IMG/VR virus record: IMGVR_UViG_3300035698_010959
DNA length: 64,000 nt
DNA from: a virus
Reading direction: 5' to 3' (one strand)
The translations under genes and the position numbers were made by a program. Shown here piece after piece: positions 19,871 through 29,716 of this stretch; position 1 is the first letter of the stretch, and every line of letters starts with the position of its first letter. The notes below the pieces were generated by a model. The model saw only the letters and a program-made list of their open reading frames with translations. It searched no databases and was not told where the DNA came from.

Positions 19871-21688
19871 TTATTTACCTATCCTTCCTGGATAGACTGG
19901 ATCTTCCCAACCATCAAGAGGTTTTATAATCATATTTGCTTTGAATTCATCTCTTGGTAAGAAAGGATATTGATCCTCTATTGGGCTATCCCATCCAAGT
20001 CGGGGCTTATAATCATAGAAGTCCTTCATGTTTATGTCACACAGTATAGGTCCTCGTGTATTTAATGCGCTTTTTATATCTCTTTCTAAGTTGTCTTGAT
20101 TGTTTATTTTTAATCCTTCTATTCCATAAGCAAAAGCCAGTGAAATAAGATTAGGTAGTTTAACCCCATGATTAGCATCTACTCCAGCATAGTTAGAGTT
20201 TAGGTGTGTATCTCTGTATAACTTTGTTATACCATATCCGCCATTGTTGAATATCATTATTTTAATAGGAAGGTTATAATTTACTATTGTTTGTAGTTCC
20301 TGTATGTTAAAGTTTATACCGCCATCTCCTACTATACATATAACTGGCTTACTTGGGTCTGCTATTGCTGCTCCTACTGCTGCTGGAAGACCATATCCAA
20401 GTGAAGAGTTTCCATTATTAGAAAAGAATCTTTGGTTTGGTTTTGTTTCCCAGGCTTGTGATGATACAACACAGTTACCTCCAGCTTCTACTACTATTGT
20501 AGCATCTTCTACTATATTAGATAGTGTTTTTACAAATACATATGGATTTACACTTTCTTTTTGATCATAGTATTCATTTTGTACTACTGGATAGTTTATT
20601 CTCCAATTACAAACTCGGTATCTCCAGTCTTCTATATTGTTTATAAAGGCTGTGCTACGTAGTGCTTGTCTGTGATTTATTTCATATAGTAATAACTTTA
20701 TAAATCTTTTCGCGTCACATTTTATATTTAGATCTGAGTGTATATCTTGATTATCTAATAGCGCTTGATCTATGTCTACTACTATCTTAGTTGCTTCACG
20801 AGCAAAGGCATCTGTCTTTCCTCCTGTAATTCGTCCTGGTATTCGTGATCCTATACATAGAAGAAGGTCACAGTTTTGTATTCCAAAGTTTCTTCCATCT
20901 CCGCCAAATGTGCCTACTCGTCCTCCAAAGTAAATGTCATCATGTGTTCCGAAGTCTATAGCATTCCATGTTACAAAGTAAGGTATACCTGTGTTTTCAA
21001 TTAATGTTCTTGCTTCTTTGTAAGCATTTGATAACCATATCCCACCACCAAATAATATAGCAGGACGTTCTGATTCTTCTAATAGAGATATTATTCTGTT
21101 TATTTCTCTATCTATTGATTTATCTTCTTTTATTGGAGGTGTAAAGCCTTTTAGTGTATTTGGGTCTATCTCTGCTCTTTGGATATCCATTGGAATATCT
21201 AATAGTACAGGCCCTTGTCGTCCGTTTGTAGCTAAATATATTGCTTTATCTAGTTCTGCTTTTATTGTTTCTGGGTCTGTAATCATAACAGCATACTTGG
21301 TAACAGGTTTAACTATCGAAACAATATCACATTCTTGGAATCCCCTTTGTCTCATAGCTAAATCTTGACATTGGAATCTTGAGTTTACGTTTCCAGTAAA
21401 ATATATTGCTGGTATTGAATCATAGTAAGATGCTGCTAGCCCATTAAGAAGATTTTGTCCAGCGGGTCCTGATGTAACAACCATTGCAGCCATTTTTCTT
21501 TTTGTTTTATAGTAACCATCTACTGCGAATGCTCCTGCTTGTTCGTGTAGTGGATAGTAACAATGATCCGGTCCATATTCATTTGCTATATCAACTAATA
21601 ACTTAGCACATGCGGAACCATCAATCATAAAAACATCTTCTATTCCTATTTGTTTTAGATATTTAGAGATGTATTCTGAAACTGTCAA
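19871..21688 (-). CDS. ThDP-dependent acetolactate synthase-like enzyme (YerE-like in sugar context)
   Basis: HEQAGAFAVDGY, VTSGPAGQN, GFQECD, LGYGLPAAVGA, GDGG...NIQEL...NNGGYG. Confidence 0.9.
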   Translation of the reverse strand: MTVSEYISKYLKQIGIEDVFMIDGSACAKLLVDIANEYGPDHCYYPLHEQAGAFAVDGYYKTKRKMAAMVVTSGPAGQNLLNGLAASYYDSIPAIYFTGNVNSRFQCQDLAMRQRGFQECDIVSIVKPVTKYAVMITDPETIKAELDKAIYLATNGRQGPVLLDIPMDIQRAEIDPNTLKGFTPPIKEDKSIDREINRIISLLEESERPAILFGGGIWLSNAYKEARTLIENTGIPYFVTWNAIDFGTHDDIYFGGRVGTFGGDGRNFGIQNCDLLLCIGSRIPGRITGGKTDAFAREATKIVVDIDQALLDNQDIHSDLNIKCDAKRFIKLLLYEINHRQALRSTAFINNIEDWRYRVCNWRINYPVVQNEYYDQKESVNPYVFVKTLSNIVEDATIVVEAGGNCVVSSQAWETKPNQRFFSNNGNSSLGYGLPAAVGAAIADPSKPVICIVGDGGINFNIQELQTIVNYNLPIKIMIFNNGGYGITKLYRDTHLNSNYAGVDANHGVKLPNLISLAFAYGIEGLKINNQDNLERDIKSALNTRGPILCDINMKDFYDYKPRLGWDSPIEDQYPFLPRDEFKANMIIKPLDGWEDPVYPGRIGK

Positions 21689-22862
21689 AGCTTTTTATCC
21701 TCCCAGATAATCCATCGTTTAGCCTACTCATTGCTTCATATAGTTGATCAATTGAGCAGGATGCGTAACTTATTCGTATATTATTTGTACTGTTTGGTCC
21801 GAAGTAACTACCAGATAGTGTTACAACTCCCAGGGTATCGAGTGTCCAGTTTTGGAAATCTATTCCATCCTTTTTTGTATCTTCTATTGAAGGGAATACA
21901 TAGAATGCTCCACCAGGCATTGGACAGTCTATTCCAGGCATATTGTTTAGTGCTTCCACTACTATGTCTCTTTTTTCTTGTAGCTCGTTTCTTAGTTCTT
22001 TTGGAAACTCTGTATCCTTTAAAGCTCCTATTGCTCCGTGTTGTGTAAAGATTGGCATACAAGATAGTAATGTTTGTACAAGTGCGGCGATTCGCATTGC
22101 TACAAGAAGCGGAGCAACTACGTATCCCATTCTCCAACCAGGCATACAATGTGTTTTAGATAAACTTCCAAGTAGTATTGTTCTTTTTTCACATTTATCT
22201 ATGTTACATACAGATTGATGTGTAGCACCATCATATACTATTTCTGAATATACTTCATCGCTTAGAATCCACATATCATTTTCTTTCGCAGTTTTATAAA
22301 GATCATGTAGTGTATCTTTAGAAAGTGTAGTTCCTGTTGGATTGCTTGGACTATTTATTATTAGCAGTTTGGATGTATTATCTTTTGCTATGTTTACTAT
22401 GTCTTTAGTTAGCGTATAATCGTTTTTTATGTTTAATGGTGCGTATTGTATGTTTGTTTCTGTGTAGTTAGCTGCTGCTGTGTATGTAGGAAATCCTGGA
22501 TCTGGACATATTACTCCATCTCCTTTATCTAAACAACATTGCATAACAAAACTTATTAGTGCGTTTGCTGGAGCAACTATTATACAATCAGTTTGTGGTC
22601 TAAATCCATGTGTATTACATATGTATTCAGATATTTCTTTTCTTAGCTCTTCAAGCCCTTGTGAATCAGCATATCCAATATTTCCTAATGCCAGAGATGC
22701 TACTGTATCTAATATGGCATCGTTAGGAGGACTATGTTTAGTATCTCCTATTTCCATATGTATTATCTCTTTGTCTGGGCTAATGATGTTGTTGGCTTTT
22801 TTCATTAGGTCAAACATAGGTTGTCCAGTTAGTTTTTTTGATCTATTTGATATTGTTGCCAT
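21663..22862 (-). CDS. PLP-dependent aminotransferase class I/II
   Basis: INSPSNPTG, LSDEVY, SLSKTHCMPGWRMGY, PGGAFYVF. Confidence 0.92.
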   Translation of the reverse strand: MATISNRSKKLTGQPMFDLMKKANNIISPDKEIIHMEIGDTKHSPPNDAILDTVASLALGNIGYADSQGLEELRKEISEYICNTHGFRPQTDCIIVAPANALISFVMQCCLDKGDGVICPDPGFPTYTAAANYTETNIQYAPLNIKNDYTLTKDIVNIAKDNTSKLLIINSPSNPTGTTLSKDTLHDLYKTAKENDMWILSDEVYSEIVYDGATHQSVCNIDKCEKRTILLGSLSKTHCMPGWRMGYVVAPLLVAMRIAALVQTLLSCMPIFTQHGAIGALKDTEFPKELRNELQEKRDIVVEALNNMPGIDCPMPGGAFYVFPSIEDTKKDGIDFQNWTLDTLGVVTLSGSYFGPNSTNNIRISYASCSIDQLYEAMSRLNDGLSGRIKSFDSFRIHL

Positions 22863-23985
22863 CTAAAATTACCAACTCGTTATTGATTAGTTTTAATTGT
22901 TCTACTATTTCATTACGGTACTGTGCTACGTTTAGTATTACTGCTGTTTTGTTCCATAGTATATCGTTTGGATATTGAGATAAGAATTTTGTGCCATATA
23001 GTCTTTTGTTATTCTTTAGTTCTGAATTATCTACGATTCCTGCTATTTTACTTTCATTCAATCCAAATGATCTTAGTATGGTGTAGAAAATATGTGCTCC
23101 AAAGAAATATATTGGGCAGTCAAGCTCAAGCATTTGCTTGTTTATGTTTGTTACTCTTTCTGTATTTAAGTGTATGTAGTTTGTAAACAATGTTTTGTTG
23201 TATTCATAGTCATTTAGGTTACGTATATGCATTGGACGTTTTGATTTCTTTGTTACATATATATCAGATAATGGGTTATTGCTACATCTTTCTATTATAG
23301 TAAACCCACATAAATTTAACATATGTATTACATTGCTTCGTGTTAGTAGTAATGTATGTTCAAAATTTAAACAATTAGTTGTACCTGTTATAAGTTGGTT
23401 TTCCATATCAGGTATTGCGAAAATATGATAGCCATCTTCTGGTAATTGTTTGTATATTTGTTTAAGCGTGTTTAATGGATTTATTGTATGCTCTAAGAAG
23501 TTACTGTGTACAATTGTATCCAAAGGCTGTGTACAGATTGGCATATCTTCAAAGACAGCAGTTACTCGTTTTATGGCTTTAGTTGATTCTTTAACATGGT
23601 TGCGGTCTACTATTGTCCAGGAAGCACCTTGGTTATGCTGTGTATAGTAGTTAGCAAGGTGCCCTTCTCCTCCTCCAAGTTCTAAGATGTTGGTTGAGTT
23701 ATACTTCTTTAGTGTATCTTCTATAGACTTGTTAAGTGTAGACCATGCTTTTCCTATTCCATCATTGTGGTGTTCTAAATAAACTAAGGTAGGATCAACA
23801 AGGTTTTCTAATTGAATGGTTCCAGTATCTTTACAGATACCAAAGGACATATCTGCACATAGATCTTGGTCTTGTGGACTAGTTGTACATCCCATATATA
23901 CTGGAAAGTCTTTAAATGTGTATAGGTGTTCCAGTTCCTTGTTTGTAAATATACTATTTCGTTTTGTTGTATCTGCTGTTATCAT
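22843..23985 (-). CDS. SAM-dependent methyltransferase (sugar C-methyltransferase-like architecture)
   Basis: FPVYMG, ILELGGGEG, SNFLEH, FEHT, C-term FFGA..VDNSELK..KRLYGT. Confidence 0.8.
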   Translation of the reverse strand: MITADTTKRNSIFTNKELEHLYTFKDFPVYMGCTTSPQDQDLCADMSFGICKDTGTIQLENLVDPTLVYLEHHNDGIGKAWSTLNKSIEDTLKKYNSTNILELGGGEGHLANYYTQHNQGASWTIVDRNHVKESTKAIKRVTAVFEDMPICTQPLDTIVHSNFLEHTINPLNTLKQIYKQLPEDGYHIFAIPDMENQLITGTTNCLNFEHTLLLTRSNVIHMLNLCGFTIIERCSNNPLSDIYVTKKSKRPMHIRNLNDYEYNKTLFTNYIHLNTERVTNINKQMLELDCPIYFFGAHIFYTILRSFGLNESKIAGIVDNSELKNNKRLYGTKFLSQYPNDILWNKTAVILNVAQYRNEIVEQLKLINNELVILDGNNIK

Positions 23986-23988
23986 AAA

Positions 23989-24981
23989 TTATTGTGCTCT
24001 TGAGTAATATACTACTTCTGATCCTCTGCTGTGGAAAGTAAATGGAATATGTGTTAGGTCACTAAGTTCTTTTTTTATGTCTTCTTGGTTATCTGGTGGA
24101 GCAAATAATAATAGAGTTCCGCCTGCTCCTGCTCCGTTAAGTTTACCTCCGAGTGCTCCTGCGGTTTTTGCTCGTTCATATATATTATTGATTTTTGTAT
24201 TAGTTACTTTACTTGATAGGTTTCGTTTCAGTTTCCAATATTCATCTAACAGTATTCCTATCTCTAATATATCATCTTTTGCTAAACATGTCAAGGCTTC
24301 ATCAGCAAGATGTTGTATAATTCTTACACTTTCTCGCTTTTGGTCTATGTTTGGTACAAATGTACTTGCCACTGTTGCTGCTATTCGTTCTATTCCTGTA
24401 TAGAATAACATTAGATGGTTATCTAATTCATTTATTGTATGTTGTGGAAGCATTATTGGCTCTACAAAGAACTCTCCATTACGATTAAATTCTATGTGAT
24501 TGAATCCGCCATAAGCTGCTTGTATTTGGTCTTGACTGCCTACAGTTTCATTTAATACTTTTTGTTCTATGTATATTGCTTCTTCTGCGAGTTGTCGTTT
24601 TGTTAACATTCTTCCATTTAATCCATTAAGTGCTAACAATAACCCTACAGTAAAAGCAGAACTTGATCCCATACCACTTTTTGCTGGTAGATCTCCGTCA
24701 TAATGTATTTCTAATCCCATTGTTGGTAGATTATCTACTGAGTTTAGTACTCCACGAACAGCCGGATGTTCTATTTCATTTATTAAATTACATGCTTCTA
24801 TTTTTGAATATACTACTCTGTAGTTGTGTTCAAAAAATGGAGGCAGTTCTCTACAGGACATATAACAAAACTTATCTATACTTGTTGTTATTACCCCACC
24901 ACCATGTTTTAGGTACCAGTTTGGGTAGTCGGATCCTCCACCAAAAAGGCTTATTCGATATGGTGTCTTTGTTATAACCAT
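23989..24981 (-). CDS. hddA: GHMP kinase, D-glycero-alpha-D-manno-heptose-7-phosphate kinase-like
   Basis: TPYRISLFGGGSD, DLPAKSGMGSSSAF, GSQDQ, GGKLNGAGAGG. Confidence 0.9.
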   Translation of the reverse strand: MVITKTPYRISLFGGGSDYPNWYLKHGGGVITTSIDKFCYMSCRELPPFFEHNYRVVYSKIEACNLINEIEHPAVRGVLNSVDNLPTMGLEIHYDGDLPAKSGMGSSSAFTVGLLLALNGLNGRMLTKRQLAEEAIYIEQKVLNETVGSQDQIQAAYGGFNHIEFNRNGEFFVEPIMLPQHTINELDNHLMLFYTGIERIAATVASTFVPNIDQKRESVRIIQHLADEALTCLAKDDILEIGILLDEYWKLKRNLSSKVTNTKINNIYERAKTAGALGGKLNGAGAGGTLLLFAPPDNQEDIKKELSDLTHIPFTFHSRGSEVVYYSRAQ

Positions 24982-26153
24982 TATAATATATTTAATCTCT
25001 TACATAATTCTACTATTTTGTATTGATTTAGTGTTGGATAGTTACCTATGTAAAAACTATTGAAGTGTAGGTAATCTGTTACTTCAAACTGTTCTGGACG
25101 TAAGCAAAGCCTTTTTAGATAAGGCTGTCTTAGCTGGTTTCCACCACCAGATAATCCCCTACGGTATTCTATTTTACTTTCTTGTAAAACTTTTTCTATT
25201 TTTGGTGTAAGGTCTGAGTTCCTTGGTACGATTGTAAGCGCATAGTTTGAGCTACCCTCTACTCTGAAGTCTGTTTTGTAGTGTTCTGGGTTTAGGTTCT
25301 TAAGAAACAACTTTAGGTTTTGCTGTCTTGTGGTTATTTTAATATCTAAATGCTCTAATTGAGATAATCCAAGTACTGCGTTAAGCTCTGTACTTCTCAT
25401 ATTATATGCTGGATACATAAAGGTAAAGTCTGGTGTTAGATCTGAATAGGTTACAGATATTTCATCTCTCCAAGGCTTGTGTAAGCTTTCTCTTATTAGT
25501 CCATGTGATCTAAATACTCTTGCCATTTCATATATCTGTTTTTTGTTTGTACAGATCATTCCTCCTTCTATTGTAGACATATGATGAGCAAAGTAGAAAG
25601 AAAAGTTAGATATTTCTCCAAATGTTCCGAGTTTTTGGTTTCTAAATGTAGCTCCAGTGCTTTCACAAACATCTTCTATTAGCTTTATATTTCTTTTTTG
25701 TAGTTTATGTAATAGTTTGTTTGTAAGCGCATTGTATCCCATTATATGAGAGATAAACACTGCTTTTGTTTTAGAAGTTATTGCTTGTAGAACTTTATCT
25801 GTATCTAAGCCTAATGTATTTACATTAATGTCTACAAATACTGGAGTAAATCCAGCAAATATTACTGATGTAATATCTGATACCCATGTTAGAGGTGGAA
25901 TAATTATTTCTCCTCCTTCTGGATATAGTTCTTTTAGAATAGCCATAGAGATAATATTAGCTGAGGATCCAGAGTTTACAAATATACTGTACTTACATCC
26001 TAGCCATTGCGACCATTGTTCTTCAAACTCTTCTACTTTTGGGCCATTAGTTAGTCGTGGATCATCTTGCTTTAGATACTCTATTAGATTATCTAAATCA
26101 TCTTTAGATATATTATTTGACATTAACGGCCAGTCTAGGTTTAAGGATTCCAT
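24981..26153 (-). CDS. DegT/DnrJ-family PLP enzyme, ColD-like 4-keto-6-deoxysugar 3-dehydratase
   Basis: VNSGSSAN, EDVCES.GA, SFYFAHHMSTIEGG with His instead of the Schiff-base Lys. Confidence 0.85.
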   Translation of the reverse strand: MESLNLDWPLMSNNISKDDLDNLIEYLKQDDPRLTNGPKVEEFEEQWSQWLGCKYSIFVNSGSSANIISMAILKELYPEGGEIIIPPLTWVSDITSVIFAGFTPVFVDINVNTLGLDTDKVLQAITSKTKAVFISHIMGYNALTNKLLHKLQKRNIKLIEDVCESTGATFRNQKLGTFGEISNFSFYFAHHMSTIEGGMICTNKKQIYEMARVFRSHGLIRESLHKPWRDEISVTYSDLTPDFTFMYPAYNMRSTELNAVLGLSQLEHLDIKITTRQQNLKLFLKNLNPEHYKTDFRVEGSSNYALTIVPRNSDLTPKIEKVLQESKIEYRRGLSGGGNQLRQPYLKRLCLRPEQFEVTDYLHFNSFYIGNYPTLNQYKIVELCKRLNIL

Positions 26154-27070
26154 AAGTTGTGTCTCTCCAGATAATTTAAGAAAAATAGAGTTGGGTCTTT
26201 AAAATAATTTCTTACTACTGTATCAAAATAAACTCTTGCTGCTTTAGCTCTGTCCTGTAATTCGCTTATAGGGGTTTCTGCTATTTTAGTAAGTTCATTT
26301 GCTAATTCAGTTTGTGTTAATGTGCTTGGTAGTTGATAGGCAAATGATGTATCATAGTAGTCATATCCTGTGTATAAACATTCTCCTATTATAACTGGAA
26401 CTCGTGTAAAGTAGCATGCTTCAAATCTTCTTATTGTTCCTATTCCAGCACCTTGTGGGCATACTGCTATTAGATTGTTTATCATTACATCTTGATATTG
26501 TTTACATATAGCTTGATCTACATTTACTCTACCAGACCATCCAGGATTAAATTGATAGTTTGCTTGCAGTTTTGCGAGTCGTAATGCTTTATATGTTTTT
26601 ACTCTTGTATTTCCTTTTACATCCATCTCTCCTTTAAATCCAAAGGATATACTATTAGGTATACTAAACTCTTCATGCATATGTCTTACTATGTATACTA
26701 AAAACTTTGAAAGCGCAGGTCGTCCCATTGCGTATCTATTTTTCCAGTGTATTGGTATACAACTTGAAGTTACTATAGAGTCTTTAAGGTCTTCACGTAT
26801 TGTTGTGTTATTATAATCTCCTTCTAAATCTGCTATATGAAAACGTTTATATTCATTCCAAAATTCCCAATTTTTTTGTTCTATTGTAGGCATGCTTGGA
26901 TTGATTTCTCCCATATAGAAGAACTCAGCATTCCATGGAGATACAGATTCTACCCAATCTTCCATACCTTTTTGACTAAAAGGTGTGCAGTTTTTATAAC
27001 CTGGTAGTGGAGATAAGTCACAGCAAACAGGTTTTCTATTTGGATATAAATACATTTTTAGTTTTTTCAT
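26141..27070 (-). CDS. exostosin/GT47-like protein
   Basis: FKGE...TR, AVCPQGAGIGTIRRFEACY..RVPVII. Confidence 0.7.
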   Translation of the reverse strand: MKKLKMYLYPNRKPVCCDLSPLPGYKNCTPFSQKGMEDWVESVSPWNAEFFYMGEINPSMPTIEQKNWEFWNEYKRFHIADLEGDYNNTTIREDLKDSIVTSSCIPIHWKNRYAMGRPALSKFLVYIVRHMHEEFSIPNSISFGFKGEMDVKGNTRVKTYKALRLAKLQANYQFNPGWSGRVNVDQAICKQYQDVMINNLIAVCPQGAGIGTIRRFEACYFTRVPVIIGECLYTGYDYYDTSFAYQLPSTLTQTELANELTKIAETPISELQDRAKAARVYFDTVVRNYFKDPTLFFLNYLERHNLWNP

Positions 27071-28017
27071 TATATAAACTCTGGGTGTTTTATTTCTCTT
27101 ATAGCATTAAGTGTTTTATTTATTTCATGATTCTTACAACATGTTAGACATGTATTATTTACAGGTAGGCTTAGTGGTATACTATTTATTATAGAAGAAA
27201 ATGAATTATTTTTCAAGTTTCCTATAATATATTCATCTTCTTTCATATGGTAGTTACATACTCTTACGTTTCCGTTATAATCTATTACAGGAGTAAAGTG
27301 TCCAGCATAACATTGTGTGTATGTTTTTGGTTTTCTACACTCGGCAAATTTATATTCTGATAGATATACTTTAAAGTCTTTTGTTTCATAGTCTTGTAAA
27401 TAATAAGGTATGTCTATATCTGGTTGTTGTTTATAGTTATTTACTAATGCTGGTCTTACTTGAAAATAATGTACTCCTAAATCTCGTGCTTGTTTACAAA
27501 GCTCTTCTGCTCTATCTATGTTTTCTGGAGTTACATTTAATGAGATACCTACTGTTGTATGTTGTATATAGTTTGCTATGAGTAGTGGGTCTATAGCTTC
27601 TATGTATTTATCTGTTAGAGATATTCGTATCCATTCAAATAATTTTGGATTTGCTGGATGTCCTCTTGATATTGCGTTTGTAAATAGTCCTTGCTTTATT
27701 CCAAAGTGAGAGGCTCGACTTGAGAAACTATCAAAAGAGGGATGTAATGTAGGTTCTCCACCTCCTGTATAATTAATTGCTAGAACTCCTAATTTTGCCA
27801 TATCTGCTATAGCAGCTAATAGTGCTTCTGTATCTATACTTTCTGTGGAATGTTGATTAGCATAGAAACACCAAGGGCAGTTAGCATTACATACATTTGT
27901 TGGAGAGATTTCTACTAATATTGGTGTTGTTCTACCTGTTTCTATCTATTGTTTTACTCTATCTGCGTGGTAGAATAGCTTTGATTGTGGTGAAAAGCTG
28001 GTTGTTTTATTGTTCAT
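27070..28017 (-). CDS. radical SAM/SPASM enzyme with in-frame TAG at codon 24 (possible pseudogene or readthrough)
   Basis: ATG 28017; TAG 27946-27948; then PILVEISPTNVCNANCPWC (CxxxCxxC), TGGGEPT, SPASM CYAG...GNVRVC. Confidence 0.82.
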
Positions 28018-28744
28018 TTGATGCTGCCATTGTTACTGTTGTATATTTTGTATACTCTTCTGGTGTTCCTATATCATGAAAAGAGGTATTACAAACGTAG
28101 GCGTATAGTAAGTTATCTTTGGCCCATCGTGGGAATATATCTAACTCTAGTGAGTTATATTTATTTTGAGGTATGCTGTCTTCTATTAAATTACGCTGTA
28201 GTAAATAGAGCCCAGCATTAACTAATCCATTTGTATTATCTTCTTTTTCTTTAAAAGCTGTAATTGTTTTATCGCTATCTATGGTAAGTGTTCCATAGTT
28301 TCCTGTCTCTTGTTTGTAGTATGCCGCTATTGCTCCTAAGTAATTTCTTTTTGGCTCTAACAGTTCTTCTTTTATATCATTAATTGATATACTATCATCG
28401 TATAGTGTATCTCCGTTTATAATAACACATCTCGGTGCTATTATTTTATTTAGGGCATTAGCAAGTGCTCCTCCTGTTCCCATAGGAGATAACTCATGTG
28501 AATAGTTGATTGTGGTTCCTTTGTAGTGTGTTCCAATTGTACTATATATTTGTTCTCCGCGATGGCCTGTACATATTATTATGTTTTGTATTCCATTGTT
28601 TATAAAGAAATCTAATTGATGGTATATTAATGGCCTATTTTGTATTGGTACAAGAGACTTGGGTATATCTGGAAACATAGACTTTAGACGTGTTCCCTGT
28701 CCTCCAGCTAATATTATTCCTTGTGTATATACTGGGTTAAGCAT
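28007..28744 (-). CDS. hddC: sugar-1-phosphate nucleotidyltransferase (HddC-like guanylyltransferase)
   Basis: ILAGGQGTRL..PKSL, SPMGTGGAL, INGDT, VNAGLY, SLELDIFP, DIGTPEEY. Confidence 0.85.
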   Translation of the reverse strand: MLNPVYTQGIILAGGQGTRLKSMFPDIPKSLVPIQNRPLIYHQLDFFINNGIQNIIICTGHRGEQIYSTIGTHYKGTTINYSHELSPMGTGGALANALNKIIAPRCVIINGDTLYDDSISINDIKEELLEPKRNYLGAIAAYYKQETGNYGTLTIDSDKTITAFKEKEDNTNGLVNAGLYLLQRNLIEDSIPQNKYNSLELDIFPRWAKDNLLYAYVCNTSFHDIGTPEEYTKYTTVTMAASNEQ

Positions 28745-29690
28745 TTCCGTAATGTTCTTTCCGTATCATGCTATATCCCTTTATTAGTTCTTTTATTCCT
28801 GTATCTAAATCAGTTCTTGCTATGAATCCAGCATTTGCTAATTTTTTACTTGATACAATATAATTTCTTTTATCTGGATCACGTCCAGTTGCTGCTTCGT
28901 GTATGTATAGTTCTGGAATGTACTTCTTTATTTGTAGTGCCAGGTCTTCTTTTGACATGTTTAGAGAATCATTACCTACGTTGTATATATTGTGCGCCAT
29001 GTCATCTCTATGTTGAATACAGTAGTACATACAAGCAGCGATATCTCCTATATATACATAGTTTCTCATAAAATCTTTCTCAAAAAGCACAATAGACCTG
29101 TCTGTAAGTGCCTTTAATACAAAGTCATTTACAAGCAGGTCTGTTCTCATTCGTGGTGACATTCCAAATACAGTCGCCAATCGTAGAGATATAGAGTTAG
29201 AATGATAGGTTAATAGATAGTTTTCAGCTTCAGCCTTTAATCGGCCATAAAGAGTTATAGGAGTTAGTGGAGTACTTTCAGTACATAATAAATTGCTTGA
29301 GTCTTGTGTTCCATATCCACTATTTGTTGTTGGATAGATAATAAGTTGGTCTTTGCTAATAATAGTTGGAGAGAGTAATGTTTTTATAGTACATACGTTT
29401 GTTGTTTCTGCTGTTTGTTTATTGTTATCACAAGCAGGAGCACCAACAATACAAGCAAGAGGTATAATAACATCTTTGTTCTTTACATGTTCTTTTAGTA
29501 AGTTAGAATCTCGTGCGTCTCCGTATATAAAGTTAAAGTTAGGATAGTTACACACACCAAACAAACCTGTTTGATGGTACATTAAGTTGTCTATTACAGT
29601 TACATCAAAAGCTCTATCTAGTAAATATTTTGTTAGAACAGAACCAATATAGCCTGCTCCGCCCGTTATTAATACTTTTGCTTTCTTCAT
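28737..29690 (-). CDS. NAD-dependent epimerase/dehydratase
   Basis: VLITGGAGYIGS, LACIVGAPAC, YGRLK (YxxxK), LRLATVFG.SPRMR.DLLVN. Confidence 0.92.
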   Translation of the reverse strand: MKKAKVLITGGAGYIGSVLTKYLLDRAFDVTVIDNLMYHQTGLFGVCNYPNFNFIYGDARDSNLLKEHVKNKDVIIPLACIVGAPACDNNKQTAETTNVCTIKTLLSPTIISKDQLIIYPTTNSGYGTQDSSNLLCTESTPLTPITLYGRLKAEAENYLLTYHSNSISLRLATVFGMSPRMRTDLLVNDFVLKALTDRSIVLFEKDFMRNYVYIGDIAACMYYCIQHRDDMAHNIYNVGNDSLNMSKEDLALQIKKYIPELYIHEAATGRDPDKRNYIVSSKKLANAGFIARTDLDTGIKELIKGYSMIRKEHYGNA

Positions 29691-29716
29691 GTTATCCTCC
29701 CAGATAGCTATTAATG

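Noticed and set aside
4907-29690. Bacterial O-antigen/capsule locus
   Set aside because: No flippase, polymerase, transporter or priming GT; composition and flanking genes are phage-like
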